This document shows, piece by piece, positions 11,327 through 20,054 of a stretch of 64,000 nucleotides of DNA (position 1 is the first letter of the stretch; every line of letters starts with the position of its first letter). The position numbers and the translations under genes are program-made. The DNA is taken from positions 18,729-82,728 of the forward strand of contig CAXHZO010000008.1 in assembly GCA_964022095.1 (NCBI GenBank). The letters run 5' to 3'. The notes under the pieces are model-generated. The model was not told where the DNA came from. It searched no databases and worked only from the letters and a program-made list of their open reading frames with translations. The stretch is from an uncultured Arcobacteraceae bacterium (lineage in GTDB: Bacteria; Campylobacterota; Campylobacteria; Campylobacterales; Arcobacteraceae).

Positions 11327-12082
11327 TTGAAACTTAAAAATATTTACAACTTTTTAAATGAATTATCTCCTTTTGAATTACAAGAAAAATGGGATAACTC
11401 AGGACTTCTTGTTGGTTCATTAGATGATGATATTAAGAATGTATATGTAAGTATTGATTTAGATTTAGATTTAGTAGAACAAATCAAACCAAATTCATTA
11501 ATCATTACTCATCATCCATTGATTTTTTCAGGTCTTAAGAGAGTTAATTATGATACTTATGCAACAAAAATTTTAAAAGAATTAATTAAAAAAGATGTTG
11601 CCTTAATCTCAATGCACACAAATATTGATAAAACACATTTAAACAAATATGTTGTTGAAGATATTTTAGGATTTGAAGTAAAAAGTCAAGAAGAGTTTAT
11701 TGCTACTTGTGAAGTAAATATGAATTTTGATGATTTAGTAAAGCATGTATCTAATAAATTAGATTTAAAAACAACAAAAGCTGTTAAGTGCGATGACTTT
11801 ATAAAAGATATTGCAGTTGTAACTGGTTCAGCTATGTCTTTACTTGATGAAGTTAAAGCTGATTGTTTTTTAACTGGAGATATTAAATATCATGATGCAA
11901 TGGAAGCAAAAGCTAGAGGTGTGTCTTTAATTGATATAAGACATTACGAGAGTGAAAGACACTTTAATACCCTATTAGAGGGAGTTCTTTCAGAATATTT
12001 GAAAAAAAATGAATTAAAAGCTATAATAACAGCTTCAAAAAATCCATTTGAGTTTTTTAAAAGAGGAGAAACGGTTGAATAA
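11327..12082 (+). CDS. Nif3-like dinuclear metal centre protein
   Basis: WDNSGL, ITHHPLIF, HTNID, TGDIKYH, HYESE. Confidence 0.92.
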   Translation: MKLKNIYNFLNELSPFELQEKWDNSGLLVGSLDDDIKNVYVSIDLDLDLVEQIKPNSLIITHHPLIFSGLKRVNYDTYATKILKELIKKDVALISMHTNIDKTHLNKYVVEDILGFEVKSQEEFIATCEVNMNFDDLVKHVSNKLDLKTTKAVKCDDFIKDIAVVTGSAMSLLDEVKADCFLTGDIKYHDAMEAKARGVSLIDIRHYESERHFNTLLEGVLSEYLKKNELKAIITASKNPFEFFKRGETVE

Positions 12083-12794
12083 GTATTTACAGGATTTAAT
12101 CAAATTATCGAAATTTGATACAGCTATTAGTATGTTCGAGCCAAAGATTGAGAATGAAAAGGCAAAACTAGCAACATTTGTGGAAACAGCAGAAGCAATT
12201 AAAACATCAATTAATGATAGTTATTTAGAGATTGATGATATTAAATCTAAAAGAACAAAAAACAATATTCACTTAGCAGAATTAAAATCTAAGTTAGATG
12301 ATATTGCAAAAAAGAACAACGATGTTCAAAATGAAAAAGAGTTAAAAGCTTTACAATTAGAAGAGGAAATTGCAAAAGAACAAATTGCATTTGCTAATGA
12401 AGAGATTGATAGATTAGATACTTTATCAACTGCTAAAGAAGAAAACTTAAAAGAGTTACAAGACAAATTGTCAGCAGAAGAAGAAGAGATTAAAGATATT
12501 CAAATTGCTGTAGATAATGTAATTGAAGAGATTAATAAAGATAGAAATGTTGTTTATCAAGATAGAAGTGAATTACTAGAAAAATTTGATAATAAAATTT
12601 TAACATTCTATGAAAAAATTAAAAGATGGGCAAAAGAATCAGCTGTAGTTCCTGTTAAAAAACAAGCATGTTATGGATGTTTTATGAAAATTAATGATAA
12701 AACATATGCAGAAGTAATTAAATCAGAAGAGATTATTAACTGTCCACATTGTGGAAGAATTCTTTATAAAGAAGAAGAGACTGAAGAGGCTTAA
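12075..12794 (+). CDS. Coiled-coil plus C4 zinc-ribbon protein (HP0958/CT398-like)
   Basis: Long coiled coil then CYGC...CPHCGRIL; TTG start at 12075 behind GAGGAG. Confidence 0.88.
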   Translation: MNKYLQDLIKLSKFDTAISMFEPKIENEKAKLATFVETAEAIKTSINDSYLEIDDIKSKRTKNNIHLAELKSKLDDIAKKNNDVQNEKELKALQLEEEIAKEQIAFANEEIDRLDTLSTAKEENLKELQDKLSAEEEEIKDIQIAVDNVIEEINKDRNVVYQDRSELLEKFDNKILTFYEKIKRWAKESAVVPVKKQACYGCFMKINDKTYAEVIKSEEIINCPHCGRILYKEEETEEA

Positions 12795-12795
12795 T

Positions 12796-13944
12796 TTGAG
12801 CCTTTTTAGTATAATTTACTACTTACTTTTAAGTATAGTTTATATACTTGCACTTCCCTATTTAATATTTAAATCAAAAAAACCAAAATATAAAGATGCA
12901 ATTCCAGCAAAATTTTTCTTAAAAAATAATGATAAATTTTCTAGTGATGGAGTTTGGTTTCATTCTTGTTCTATGGGTGAGACAAAAACAATTAAACCAT
13001 TAGTGCAAGCTTTTGAAGATAGCAAAGTATCTGTTATTACAAATACTGGTTTTGAAGAAGCAAATAAGTTTTGTAAGGAAGTTAGATATTTGCCTTTTGA
13101 GATTTTTTTACCGTTTTGGGTAAAGAAACAAAAAGTATTAGTAGTTATGGAAGCAGAGCTTTGGTATATGCTTTTTTTATGTGCGAAGTCAAAAGGTGCA
13201 AAGACTTTATTAATAAATGCAAGAATTTCTGATAAGTCATATAAATCTTATCAAAAATTTTCGTTTTTGTATAAAAGAATTTTTAAAAATATTGATAAAG
13301 TCTTTGCTCAAAGTGAAGTTGATAAAAAAAGATTAGAAGAACTTGGTGCAAAAAATATTGAAGTTATAGGTAATATAAAATTAGCACAACTTCCAAAAAC
13401 AAGTTTAGGCTTATCAAAACTTAATCAAACAGTTATTTGTGCAGCTAGTACACATAAAAATGAAGAAGAGTTAATATTAAAATCATTTGATAAGTCATTT
13501 GGGAAACTACTTATAGTCCCAAGACATCCTGAAAGATTTGAAGAAGTAGATTTATTAATAAGAGAGTTTATAAAACATAAAGATCTGTCTTATCATAAAT
13601 ATACCTCCCAAGAAGATTTTAATTCTGATATAATTCTTATTGATAAAATGGGAATATTAAATGATATATATTCTATAAGTGATGTTGTAATCTTAGGTGG
13701 TGCATTTGAAAAAATAGGTGGTCACAATCCAGTTGAACCAGCTTATTTTGGATGTAAAATTATTAGTGGTAAAAATATTTTCAATCAATACTCTTTATTT
13801 GAGTGCATTGAAAATTACTATTTAATTGAAGATAGTGAATTAAAACAATATTTAGAAAAAAAAGATGAATTAAATAAACCAGTTTTACAAAAAACAGGTT
13901 CATTTGATCCAATAATAAAGGAAATAAAAAATGGCAGAATATGA
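12796..13944 (+). CDS. waaA: Kdo transferase
   Basis: WFHSCSMGE, EAELW, NARIS, VPRHPERF, GGHNPVEPA; probable TTG start at 12796 (ORF opens at 12751). Confidence 0.93.
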   Translation: MSLFSIIYYLLLSIVYILALPYLIFKSKKPKYKDAIPAKFFLKNNDKFSSDGVWFHSCSMGETKTIKPLVQAFEDSKVSVITNTGFEEANKFCKEVRYLPFEIFLPFWVKKQKVLVVMEAELWYMLFLCAKSKGAKTLLINARISDKSYKSYQKFSFLYKRIFKNIDKVFAQSEVDKKRLEELGAKNIEVIGNIKLAQLPKTSLGLSKLNQTVICAASTHKNEEELILKSFDKSFGKLLIVPRHPERFEEVDLLIREFIKHKDLSYHKYTSQEDFNSDIILIDKMGILNDIYSISDVVILGGAFEKIGGHNPVEPAYFGCKIISGKNIFNQYSLFECIENYYLIEDSELKQYLEKKDELNKPVLQKTGSFDPIIKEIKNGRI

Positions 13945-14683
13945 TAAAGCGTACAAACTTTTAGCAAAACAAGAAAATATTTCTAACTCAAAAGCAAAAG
14001 ATCTAATTGATAAAGGATTAGTTAGAGTTGGTACTAAAAAAGTGATGATTGCAAGAGGCGAAATTAAAAGTGATACTAGATTTAGTGTTAAAGAAGTAGC
14101 TAAAGTAAAAGTTATATTTGAAGATGATAATATTTTAGCAGTAGATAAACCAGCTTTTCTAACAGCAGATGAAATTGCTAGAAAGTTCCCAAAAGCTATA
14201 TTACTAAATAGACTTGATAAAGAAACAAGTGGTGTTATGCTATTTGCAAAAAATGAAGAGTTTCAAAAAAGAGCAATAAAAGAGTTCAGTAATCATAGAG
14301 TTTACAAAGAGTATGTAGCTGTAGTAGAAGGTAAGGTTATTGAAGAAATTGAAATAGATAAACCAATTTTAACAACAAAAGATAGAGGTAGTGCAAAATC
14401 AAAAATTGATGTGAAAAAAGGTAAGTCTGCAAAATCTACAGTATATCCAATGCTAGTAGAGGGAAATAAATCAAAAGTAAAAGTAGTAATTGAAAGTGGT
14501 AGAACACATCAAATTAGAGTTCATTTAAACTCAGTTGGTTTACCAATTATTGGTGATGCTTTATATGGAAAACCAGCATCTAACATAAATAGAGTTTTAT
14601 TACACTCAAAAGTTACTAAAATATTTGATTATGAGTTCGAGGCTAAAGAGCCTAGAGAATTTAGAGTGTATGAATTTAATTAA
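13931..14683 (+). CDS. RluA-family RNA pseudouridine synthase
   Basis: RLDKETSG catalytic motif, GRTHQIRVHL, GDALYG. Confidence 0.92.
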   Translation: MAEYDKAYKLLAKQENISNSKAKDLIDKGLVRVGTKKVMIARGEIKSDTRFSVKEVAKVKVIFEDDNILAVDKPAFLTADEIARKFPKAILLNRLDKETSGVMLFAKNEEFQKRAIKEFSNHRVYKEYVAVVEGKVIEEIEIDKPILTTKDRGSAKSKIDVKKGKSAKSTVYPMLVEGNKSKVKVVIESGRTHQIRVHLNSVGLPIIGDALYGKPASNINRVLLHSKVTKIFDYEFEAKEPREFRVYEFN

Positions 14684-14837
14684 AATTTAAGCATATTTAA
14701 AAAGAGGTTTCCCTTAAAATGGTAAACCTTGAAAAAACAAAACTAAAAAAAAACTTAATTTAGCTCTTTTACTTAATCTATATCAAAGGTATAGTTAAGT
14801 AAAATCTCAAACTTTAAAAAATTGTGGAGAAGATATT

Positions 14838-16190
14838 TTGTTTGATTCAATAACCGGTTCGATAAAAAATGCTGTTAATAAAATAAGACATAAAGATGAT
14901 GCTGCATCACTTAAGAAAGCTATTACAGAATTAAAAAAATCATTATTAAAAGCAGATGTTCATCATAAAACTACAAAAGAATTAATTACTAATGTAGAGC
15001 TTGAAACAAAAAGAATTGGCATAGGTCAAGATGCTTTTTTAAATGCTTTAAAGACTGAATTAACAAAACTTTTAACTACTGAAGGTAATCAAGGTTTTGT
15101 ATTCTCACCAACTCCTCCAACTACAATTTTAATGACAGGACTTCAAGGTTCTGGTAAAACAACAACTACTGGTAAATTAGCTAACTACTTAAAAACAAGA
15201 AAGAAAAAAGTTTTAGTAGCAGCATGTGATTTACAAAGATTAGCAGCGGTTGAGCAATTAAAACAAATTGCTGAACAAATTGAAGTAGATATTTACTTTG
15301 ATGATAATGAAAAAGATCCAATTAAAATAGCTCTTGCAGCTCAAGAAAAAGCTAAAAAAGATTTATATGATGTTCTTTTAATAGATACAGCTGGTAGGCT
15401 TGCAATTGATGAAGAGTTAATGGCTCAATTAAAAGATGTTAAAGATGCCGTAGCTCCTGATGAGATTTTCTATGTTGCTGATTCTTTAACAGGACATGAT
15501 GCTACAAAAACTGCTACTTCATTTAAAGAGCAAATTGGAATTGATGGTGTTGTTCTTTCAAAATATGATGGTGACACTAAAGGTGGGGTTGCATTGTCAA
15601 TTTCTCATCAAGTAGGGGTTCCATTAAGATTTATTGGTATTGGTGAAAAAATGCCAGATATTGAAGTGTTTATTCCTGATAGAATCGTATCAAGACTGTT
15701 AGGTCTTGGAGATATTGAAGGACTTGCAGAAAGAACTTCAGCAGTAATTGATGAGAAAAAAGCAAAAGAAGTTACTAAGAAGATTAAAAAAGGTGAATTT
15801 AACTTTAATGACTTCTTAGAACAATTAGCAATGATGAGTAAATTAGGTTCTATGAAATCTATTATTGGAATGATTCCAGGCCTTTCACAAATGGCTGGAC
15901 CATTAAAAGATATGGACTTTGAAAATTCTGATGAGATTAAAAGAATTAAAGCTTTAATTGGTTCAATGACTCCAAAAGAGAGAGAAACTCCAAGTTTGAT
16001 GAATCCTTCAAGAAAGAAAAGACTTGCAAAAGGTTCTGGTCTTTCAGAAGTTCAAGTAAACAAAATTTTAAAGCAGTTTAAAAATGCTTCAAAAATGGCT
16101 AAAAAACTTTCAGGCAAGGGTGGAATGAAAGGTTTACAAAATATGATGTCTCAAATGGGACCTGGTGGGATGCCAAAAATCCCTAGATAA
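14838..16190 (+). CDS. ffh: Signal recognition particle protein
   Basis: GLQGSGKTTT, DTAGR, Met-rich M domain. Confidence 0.97.
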   Translation: MFDSITGSIKNAVNKIRHKDDAASLKKAITELKKSLLKADVHHKTTKELITNVELETKRIGIGQDAFLNALKTELTKLLTTEGNQGFVFSPTPPTTILMTGLQGSGKTTTTGKLANYLKTRKKKVLVAACDLQRLAAVEQLKQIAEQIEVDIYFDDNEKDPIKIALAAQEKAKKDLYDVLLIDTAGRLAIDEELMAQLKDVKDAVAPDEIFYVADSLTGHDATKTATSFKEQIGIDGVVLSKYDGDTKGGVALSISHQVGVPLRFIGIGEKMPDIEVFIPDRIVSRLLGLGDIEGLAERTSAVIDEKKAKEVTKKIKKGEFNFNDFLEQLAMMSKLGSMKSIIGMIPGLSQMAGPLKDMDFENSDEIKRIKALIGSMTPKERETPSLMNPSRKKRLAKGSGLSEVQVNKILKQFKNASKMAKKLSGKGGMKGLQNMMSQMGPGGMPKIPR

Positions 16191-16275
16191 ATAAAAATCA
16201 AATAGTATTGAGTTGTGAACTTATTTTTAATGAGTTTAGAATTCAATACTATAAACAAAACAAAGGAAAGAAAGT

Positions 16276-16503
16276 ATGACAGTAATTAGATTAACAAGAA
16301 TGGGTAGAAACAAGAAACCATTTTACAGAATCGTTGTAACAGATTCAAGAAAAAGAAGAGATTCAGGTTGGATTGAATCAATTGGTTACTACAACCCAGT
16401 AGTTGAGCCAAAAGTATTAAAATTAGACGAAGAAAGATATAACTATTGGATAGGTGTTGGTGCTAAACCATCTGAAAAAGTTAAAAAATTAGCTTCTAAA
16501 TAA
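16276..16503 (+). CDS. rpsP: 30S ribosomal protein S16
   Basis: [18 protein letters not shown]; canonical position after ffh. Confidence 0.98.
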   Translation: MTVIRLTRMGRNKKPFYRIVVTDSRKRRDSGWIESIGYYNPVVEPKVLKLDEERYNYWIGVGAKPSEKVKKLASK

Positions 16504-16517
16504 TTATAGAAAAAAAA

Positions 16518-16757
16518 ATGGTTACTAAATTTATTGAGAACTATGCAAAATTAATTGTTAGTGTTCCTGAAGATGTAGAAGTTACTAAAGAGCTTATTGA
16601 TGAGAATTTTGCACAAATTACTATCAAAGTTAATAGCGTTGATATAGGTAAGTTAATTGGTAAAAATGGAAATATGATTAATGCTTTAAAAACTATGGCA
16701 AATGGTTGTAAAGCTAAAGATGGTATTTCTTATAAAATTCAGGTTATCACAGACTAA
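16518..16757 (+). CDS. khpA: KH-domain RNA-binding protein (KhpA-like)
   Basis: DIGKLIGKNG GxxG loop; rpsP-KH-rimM synteny. Confidence 0.85.
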   Translation: MVTKFIENYAKLIVSVPEDVEVTKELIDENFAQITIKVNSVDIGKLIGKNGNMINALKTMANGCKAKDGISYKIQVITD

Positions 16758-16760
16758 TTT

Positions 16761-17294
16761 ATGAAACAAGATAATATTTATGTAGCTAAATTAGGGAAAG
16801 CTGTTGGCTTAAAAGGTCATTTAAGACTTTTTATAGACTCAGACTTCCCTGAACAGTTCAAGGCTGGTGCAAGCTTTGAAACTAACAGGAAACTTCAATT
16901 AAAAATCAAAGAGTATAATTCAACAAGGGAATTAGTTTTATTTGAAAACTATGAAGATGTTGAAACTGCAAAAAAACTTACTAATCAACAACTTTTTGTA
17001 ACACAAGAGCAAACTAGAGATAATTGCCAATTAGAAGAGAATGAATTCTTTTGGTTTGATTTAATGGATTGTGATGTTTATGAAAATGATTTAAAGCTTG
17101 GTAAAGTAAATGATATCCATAGATATCCTATTGATGATTATTTAGAGATTAAAACCTCTCAAGAACTTGTTGATAAAGAACTTCCAGCAGTATTTTTACT
17201 ACCTCACATATTTGATAGATATATTTTAAATGTTGATATCACATCAAAAAGAATAGATGTTAAAGATGCATATGAAATATTAGAAAACTCATAG
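16761..17294 (+). CDS. rimM: Ribosome maturation factor RimM
   Basis: GKAVGLKG, EFFWFDL; synteny. Confidence 0.93.
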   Translation: MKQDNIYVAKLGKAVGLKGHLRLFIDSDFPEQFKAGASFETNRKLQLKIKEYNSTRELVLFENYEDVETAKKLTNQQLFVTQEQTRDNCQLEENEFFWFDLMDCDVYENDLKLGKVNDIHRYPIDDYLEIKTSQELVDKELPAVFLLPHIFDRYILNVDITSKRIDVKDAYEILENS

Positions 17295-17298
17295 TTTT

Positions 17299-18267
17299 CT
17301 AATAATTACATCTTTTATTGAATTCTTCTTTTGTTAATTCTAATGAATAACTTTGTTTAAATTTATTTTTTAACAAAGTGTTTAATAACTCATCTCTAGT
17401 TTTATTTGACTCAAAAGGTCCATAATAAATTTCTATTCTATTTTTATCATCTCTACATAATTTTACATCAGAATTTATTTTTGTAATTTTATCAAGGTAC
17501 TCTTTGTAAAGCTCACCTTTTATTTTTGCTACATTTATAAGTTTTAAGAAACTATTATCTTTAGGCTTCTCTTCTTTTATTGAAACTTGAGTTTGCTCTT
17601 GTGTTTCATTTTTAGTTTTTGATTCTTTCTTAGGCGTATTCTCAATGTTGTTTTTTACACTAACCATTTCTTCTTTTAGATTTATAGCTTCTTGCTTTAA
17701 TCTTTCAAGTTCAAGTTTTTGATTCTCTAACTCAGCTTTTTTAGCTTCTAAAACTTCTTTTTCTTTTAATAGTGCTTCTTGTTCTTTCTTTAATTCTTCT
17801 TGTTCTTTTCTCTTTTTTTCTTCAAGAATTTTTTTCTCATTATCAATTTTTTCTTGTTCTTCAATTTTTTCTTGATTCATGTTTTTATTTGTAAGATTTG
17901 ATAGCTGTTCATTAAGTTTTGTAGAGTTAATTTTAGTTAAATCAAATTTTACTTTTTTTTCTTCAACTTTTTTAGTTACTTTTTCAGTTTCAGGTTTTGC
18001 TACAGGTTCAGGTTCAAAAAAGCCAACAAAATATAAAACAGCACCTACAATAAGTATTAAGAGTAAAAAGGCAACTAAACCAATAAGTATTTTACTTAAT
18101 AAAGATTTTTGTTTTTTTTCTTCAACTACAGGTTCTTTGTTTGACTCTTCATTGTTGTCATTTTCCTCATTTTGAGTCTCTTGTTCTTCTGTCGTAGTTG
18201 ATTCATTTGTTTCTTGTGATTCTTCTTGTGTTATCTCTTCAGAATTTTCTTTTGTTTCTTCAGCCAT
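17299..18267 (-). CDS. Bitopic membrane protein: acidic N-tail, TM, coiled coil, probable C-terminal SPOR-like domain
   Basis: Glu-rich N terminus, hydrophobic ILIGLVAFLLLILIVGAVLYF, K/E coiled coil, IYYGPFES...LLNTL SPOR-like end; ATG 18267 or GTG 18273. Confidence 0.65.
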   Translation of the reverse strand: MAEETKENSEEITQEESQETNESTTTEEQETQNEENDNNEESNKEPVVEEKKQKSLLSKILIGLVAFLLLILIVGAVLYFVGFFEPEPVAKPETEKVTKKVEEKKVKFDLTKINSTKLNEQLSNLTNKNMNQEKIEEQEKIDNEKKILEEKKRKEQEELKKEQEALLKEKEVLEAKKAELENQKLELERLKQEAINLKEEMVSVKNNIENTPKKESKTKNETQEQTQVSIKEEKPKDNSFLKLINVAKIKGELYKEYLDKITKINSDVKLCRDDKNRIEIYYGPFESNKTRDELLNTLLKNKFKQSYSLELTKEEFNKRCNY

Positions 18268-18694
18268 TTTCACTCTTTTGTAGTTTTCTTTTTTCTCTTT
18301 GCTTTTCTAGTATCTTCTCTTTATTTTTTTTGTAATATTCTCTTCGATACTCTTTTAATTGTTCTTTTTTCTTTTCACGATACTCTTTGTCATATTCTAA
18401 TCTTTTGTCTTTATTCTCTTTATAATACTCTTTTTTCCTATTTTTATATTCATTCATTTTTTCTAAAATTAACTCTTTTCTTGAGTCAACATGTTCTTTT
18501 TGAGCTTTTGCAATCTCTTTTATTTTTCTAGAGAAATTTATGTCGTTTAGATCTTTTGCATAATCTATCTCTTCTCTTTTAGGTTTTTGAGTTGTTTTTT
18601 TTCGAGCTTTACTTTTTAAATAGTATTCTCTTTTTTTCTTCTTATGGGAAGCAAGTCTCTCTTCCCTTAGTTTTTTTAATTCCTCTAAATCCAT
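18260..18694 (-). CDS. Highly charged helical hypothetical protein
   Basis: 144 aa K/R/E-rich ORF with EY repeats, 23 bp after the flgG stop and overlapping the next gene. Confidence 0.6.
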   Translation of the reverse strand: MDLEELKKLREERLASHKKKKREYYLKSKARKKTTQKPKREEIDYAKDLNDINFSRKIKEIAKAQKEHVDSRKELILEKMNEYKNRKKEYYKENKDKRLEYDKEYREKKKEQLKEYRREYYKKNKEKILEKQREKRKLQKSENG

Positions 18695-18717
18695 AAACTC
18701 TATTTAAATAAACTTAT

Positions 18718-19506
18718 TTAGTTTTTCAGTCTATTAACAGTATCAAGCATACTATCAGTAGTTGTAATTGCTTTTGAATTCGCTTCATAAGCTCTTTGTG
18801 CCGTAATTAAATCAACCATTTCATTTACAAGTTTTACATTTGATGATTCAATCATCCCTTGTTGTAAAGAACCAAATTGTGCTTCAGATGGTACACCTTC
18901 TTGTACTGCACCAGATGCTTCACTCTCCATAAACATTGATTCTCCCATTGGGATTAATCCAGCAGGATTTATAAAATCAGCAATTAAAATTTGCCCCAGG
19001 TTTACACTTGTACCATTTGCAGGGTCAGTTGCGCTTACTGTTCCATCATTTGCAATAGATATATCTGTAACATTATCTGGAATTACAATTTCTGGATTTA
19101 GTGCATATCCATTACCATTTACCATTGTCCCTTCTGAGTTAACTTTAAAAGAACCATTTCTTGTATACCCAGTTTCACCACTTGGTAGTGTGATTTGAAA
19201 AAAGCCATCACCTTGGATAGCTATATCTAATGGATTTGATGTTAATGTTAAATCACCTTCTGTGAAGTTTTTTTGAATACCTGATATTCTTACACCAAGT
19301 CCCACATCAATACCTGTAGGATTAACTGTTGTTTGAGAAGTTCTTCCTGCTGTGTAGTTTAATGTTTCATACATTAAGTCTTGAAACTCAGCTCTATCTT
19401 GTTTAAAACCATTAGTGTTAACATTTGCAATGTTATTTGATGTTACGTCAATCTTATGTTGCATAGAATTCATACCAGTTGCAGCAGTGTATAATCCTCT
19501 AATCAT
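18718..19506 (-). CDS. flgG: Distal rod protein FlgG
   Basis: SNNIANVNTNGFK, FQDLMY, YTRNGSF, SNVKLVNEMVDLITAQRAYEANSK; 262 aa. Confidence 0.95.
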   Translation of the reverse strand: MIRGLYTAATGMNSMQHKIDVTSNNIANVNTNGFKQDRAEFQDLMYETLNYTAGRTSQTTVNPTGIDVGLGVRISGIQKNFTEGDLTLTSNPLDIAIQGDGFFQITLPSGETGYTRNGSFKVNSEGTMVNGNGYALNPEIVIPDNVTDISIANDGTVSATDPANGTSVNLGQILIADFINPAGLIPMGESMFMESEASGAVQEGVPSEAQFGSLQQGMIESSNVKLVNEMVDLITAQRAYEANSKAITTTDSMLDTVNRLKN

Positions 19507-19664
19507 AAATATCCTTTAGAATTACATATTTAATTATTATATTTCAAGAACAATTAAAGTTAGATAAATTTAGTTGATTATTTTTCTTAATATTAAGTAT
19601 AAATTTAAAACAAATTATATATAATGCATAATATTTGATTAATTTTTGTAAAAAGGGTGTACAT

Positions 19665-20033
19665 ATGAAAATATTGATAGTTGATGATAGTTCTACCATG
19701 AGAAGAATAATTGGTAACGTTGTTATGCAATTAGGTTTTAGCAAAGATGACTTTGATGAAGCAGAAGATGGCGTAAAAGCGTGGAAATTACTAAGTGACT
19801 CACAATATGACATTGTTTTAACAGACTGGAATATGCCAAATATGAATGGTTTAGAGCTTGTTAAAAAAATTAGAGGTGAGGGAAATCATCAAAAAACGCC
19901 AATAATTATGATTACAACTGAAGGTGGAAAAGGTGAAGTTATTACTGCATTAAAAGCTGGAGTAAATAATTACATTGTAAAACCGTTCAGTGCAGAAGTT
20001 TTAAAAGAGAAACTTGATGGAGTATTAAAATAA
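19665..20033 (+). CDS. cheY: Chemotaxis response regulator CheY
   Basis: Stand-alone receiver: VDDSSTMRRI, DWNMP, MITTEG, YIVKPF; ATG 19665. Confidence 0.95.
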   Translation: MKILIVDDSSTMRRIIGNVVMQLGFSKDDFDEAEDGVKAWKLLSDSQYDIVLTDWNMPNMNGLELVKKIRGEGNHQKTPIIMITTEGGKGEVITALKAGVNNYIVKPFSAEVLKEKLDGVLK

Positions 20034-20054
20034 TAAGTTAAATAAGGCATTGTC

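Noticed and set aside
12075-12794. Zinc-ribbon protein as evidence of sigma54-controlled flagella (HP0958 analogy)
   Set aside because: It sits in a housekeeping glyQ-Nif3-waaA context and the family is widespread; no sigma54 motif was seen here.
14705-14730. AGGTTT..AAACCT hairpin upstream of ffh as SRP RNA or another ncRNA
   Set aside because: Too short and weak, and lacks the SRP domain IV motif.
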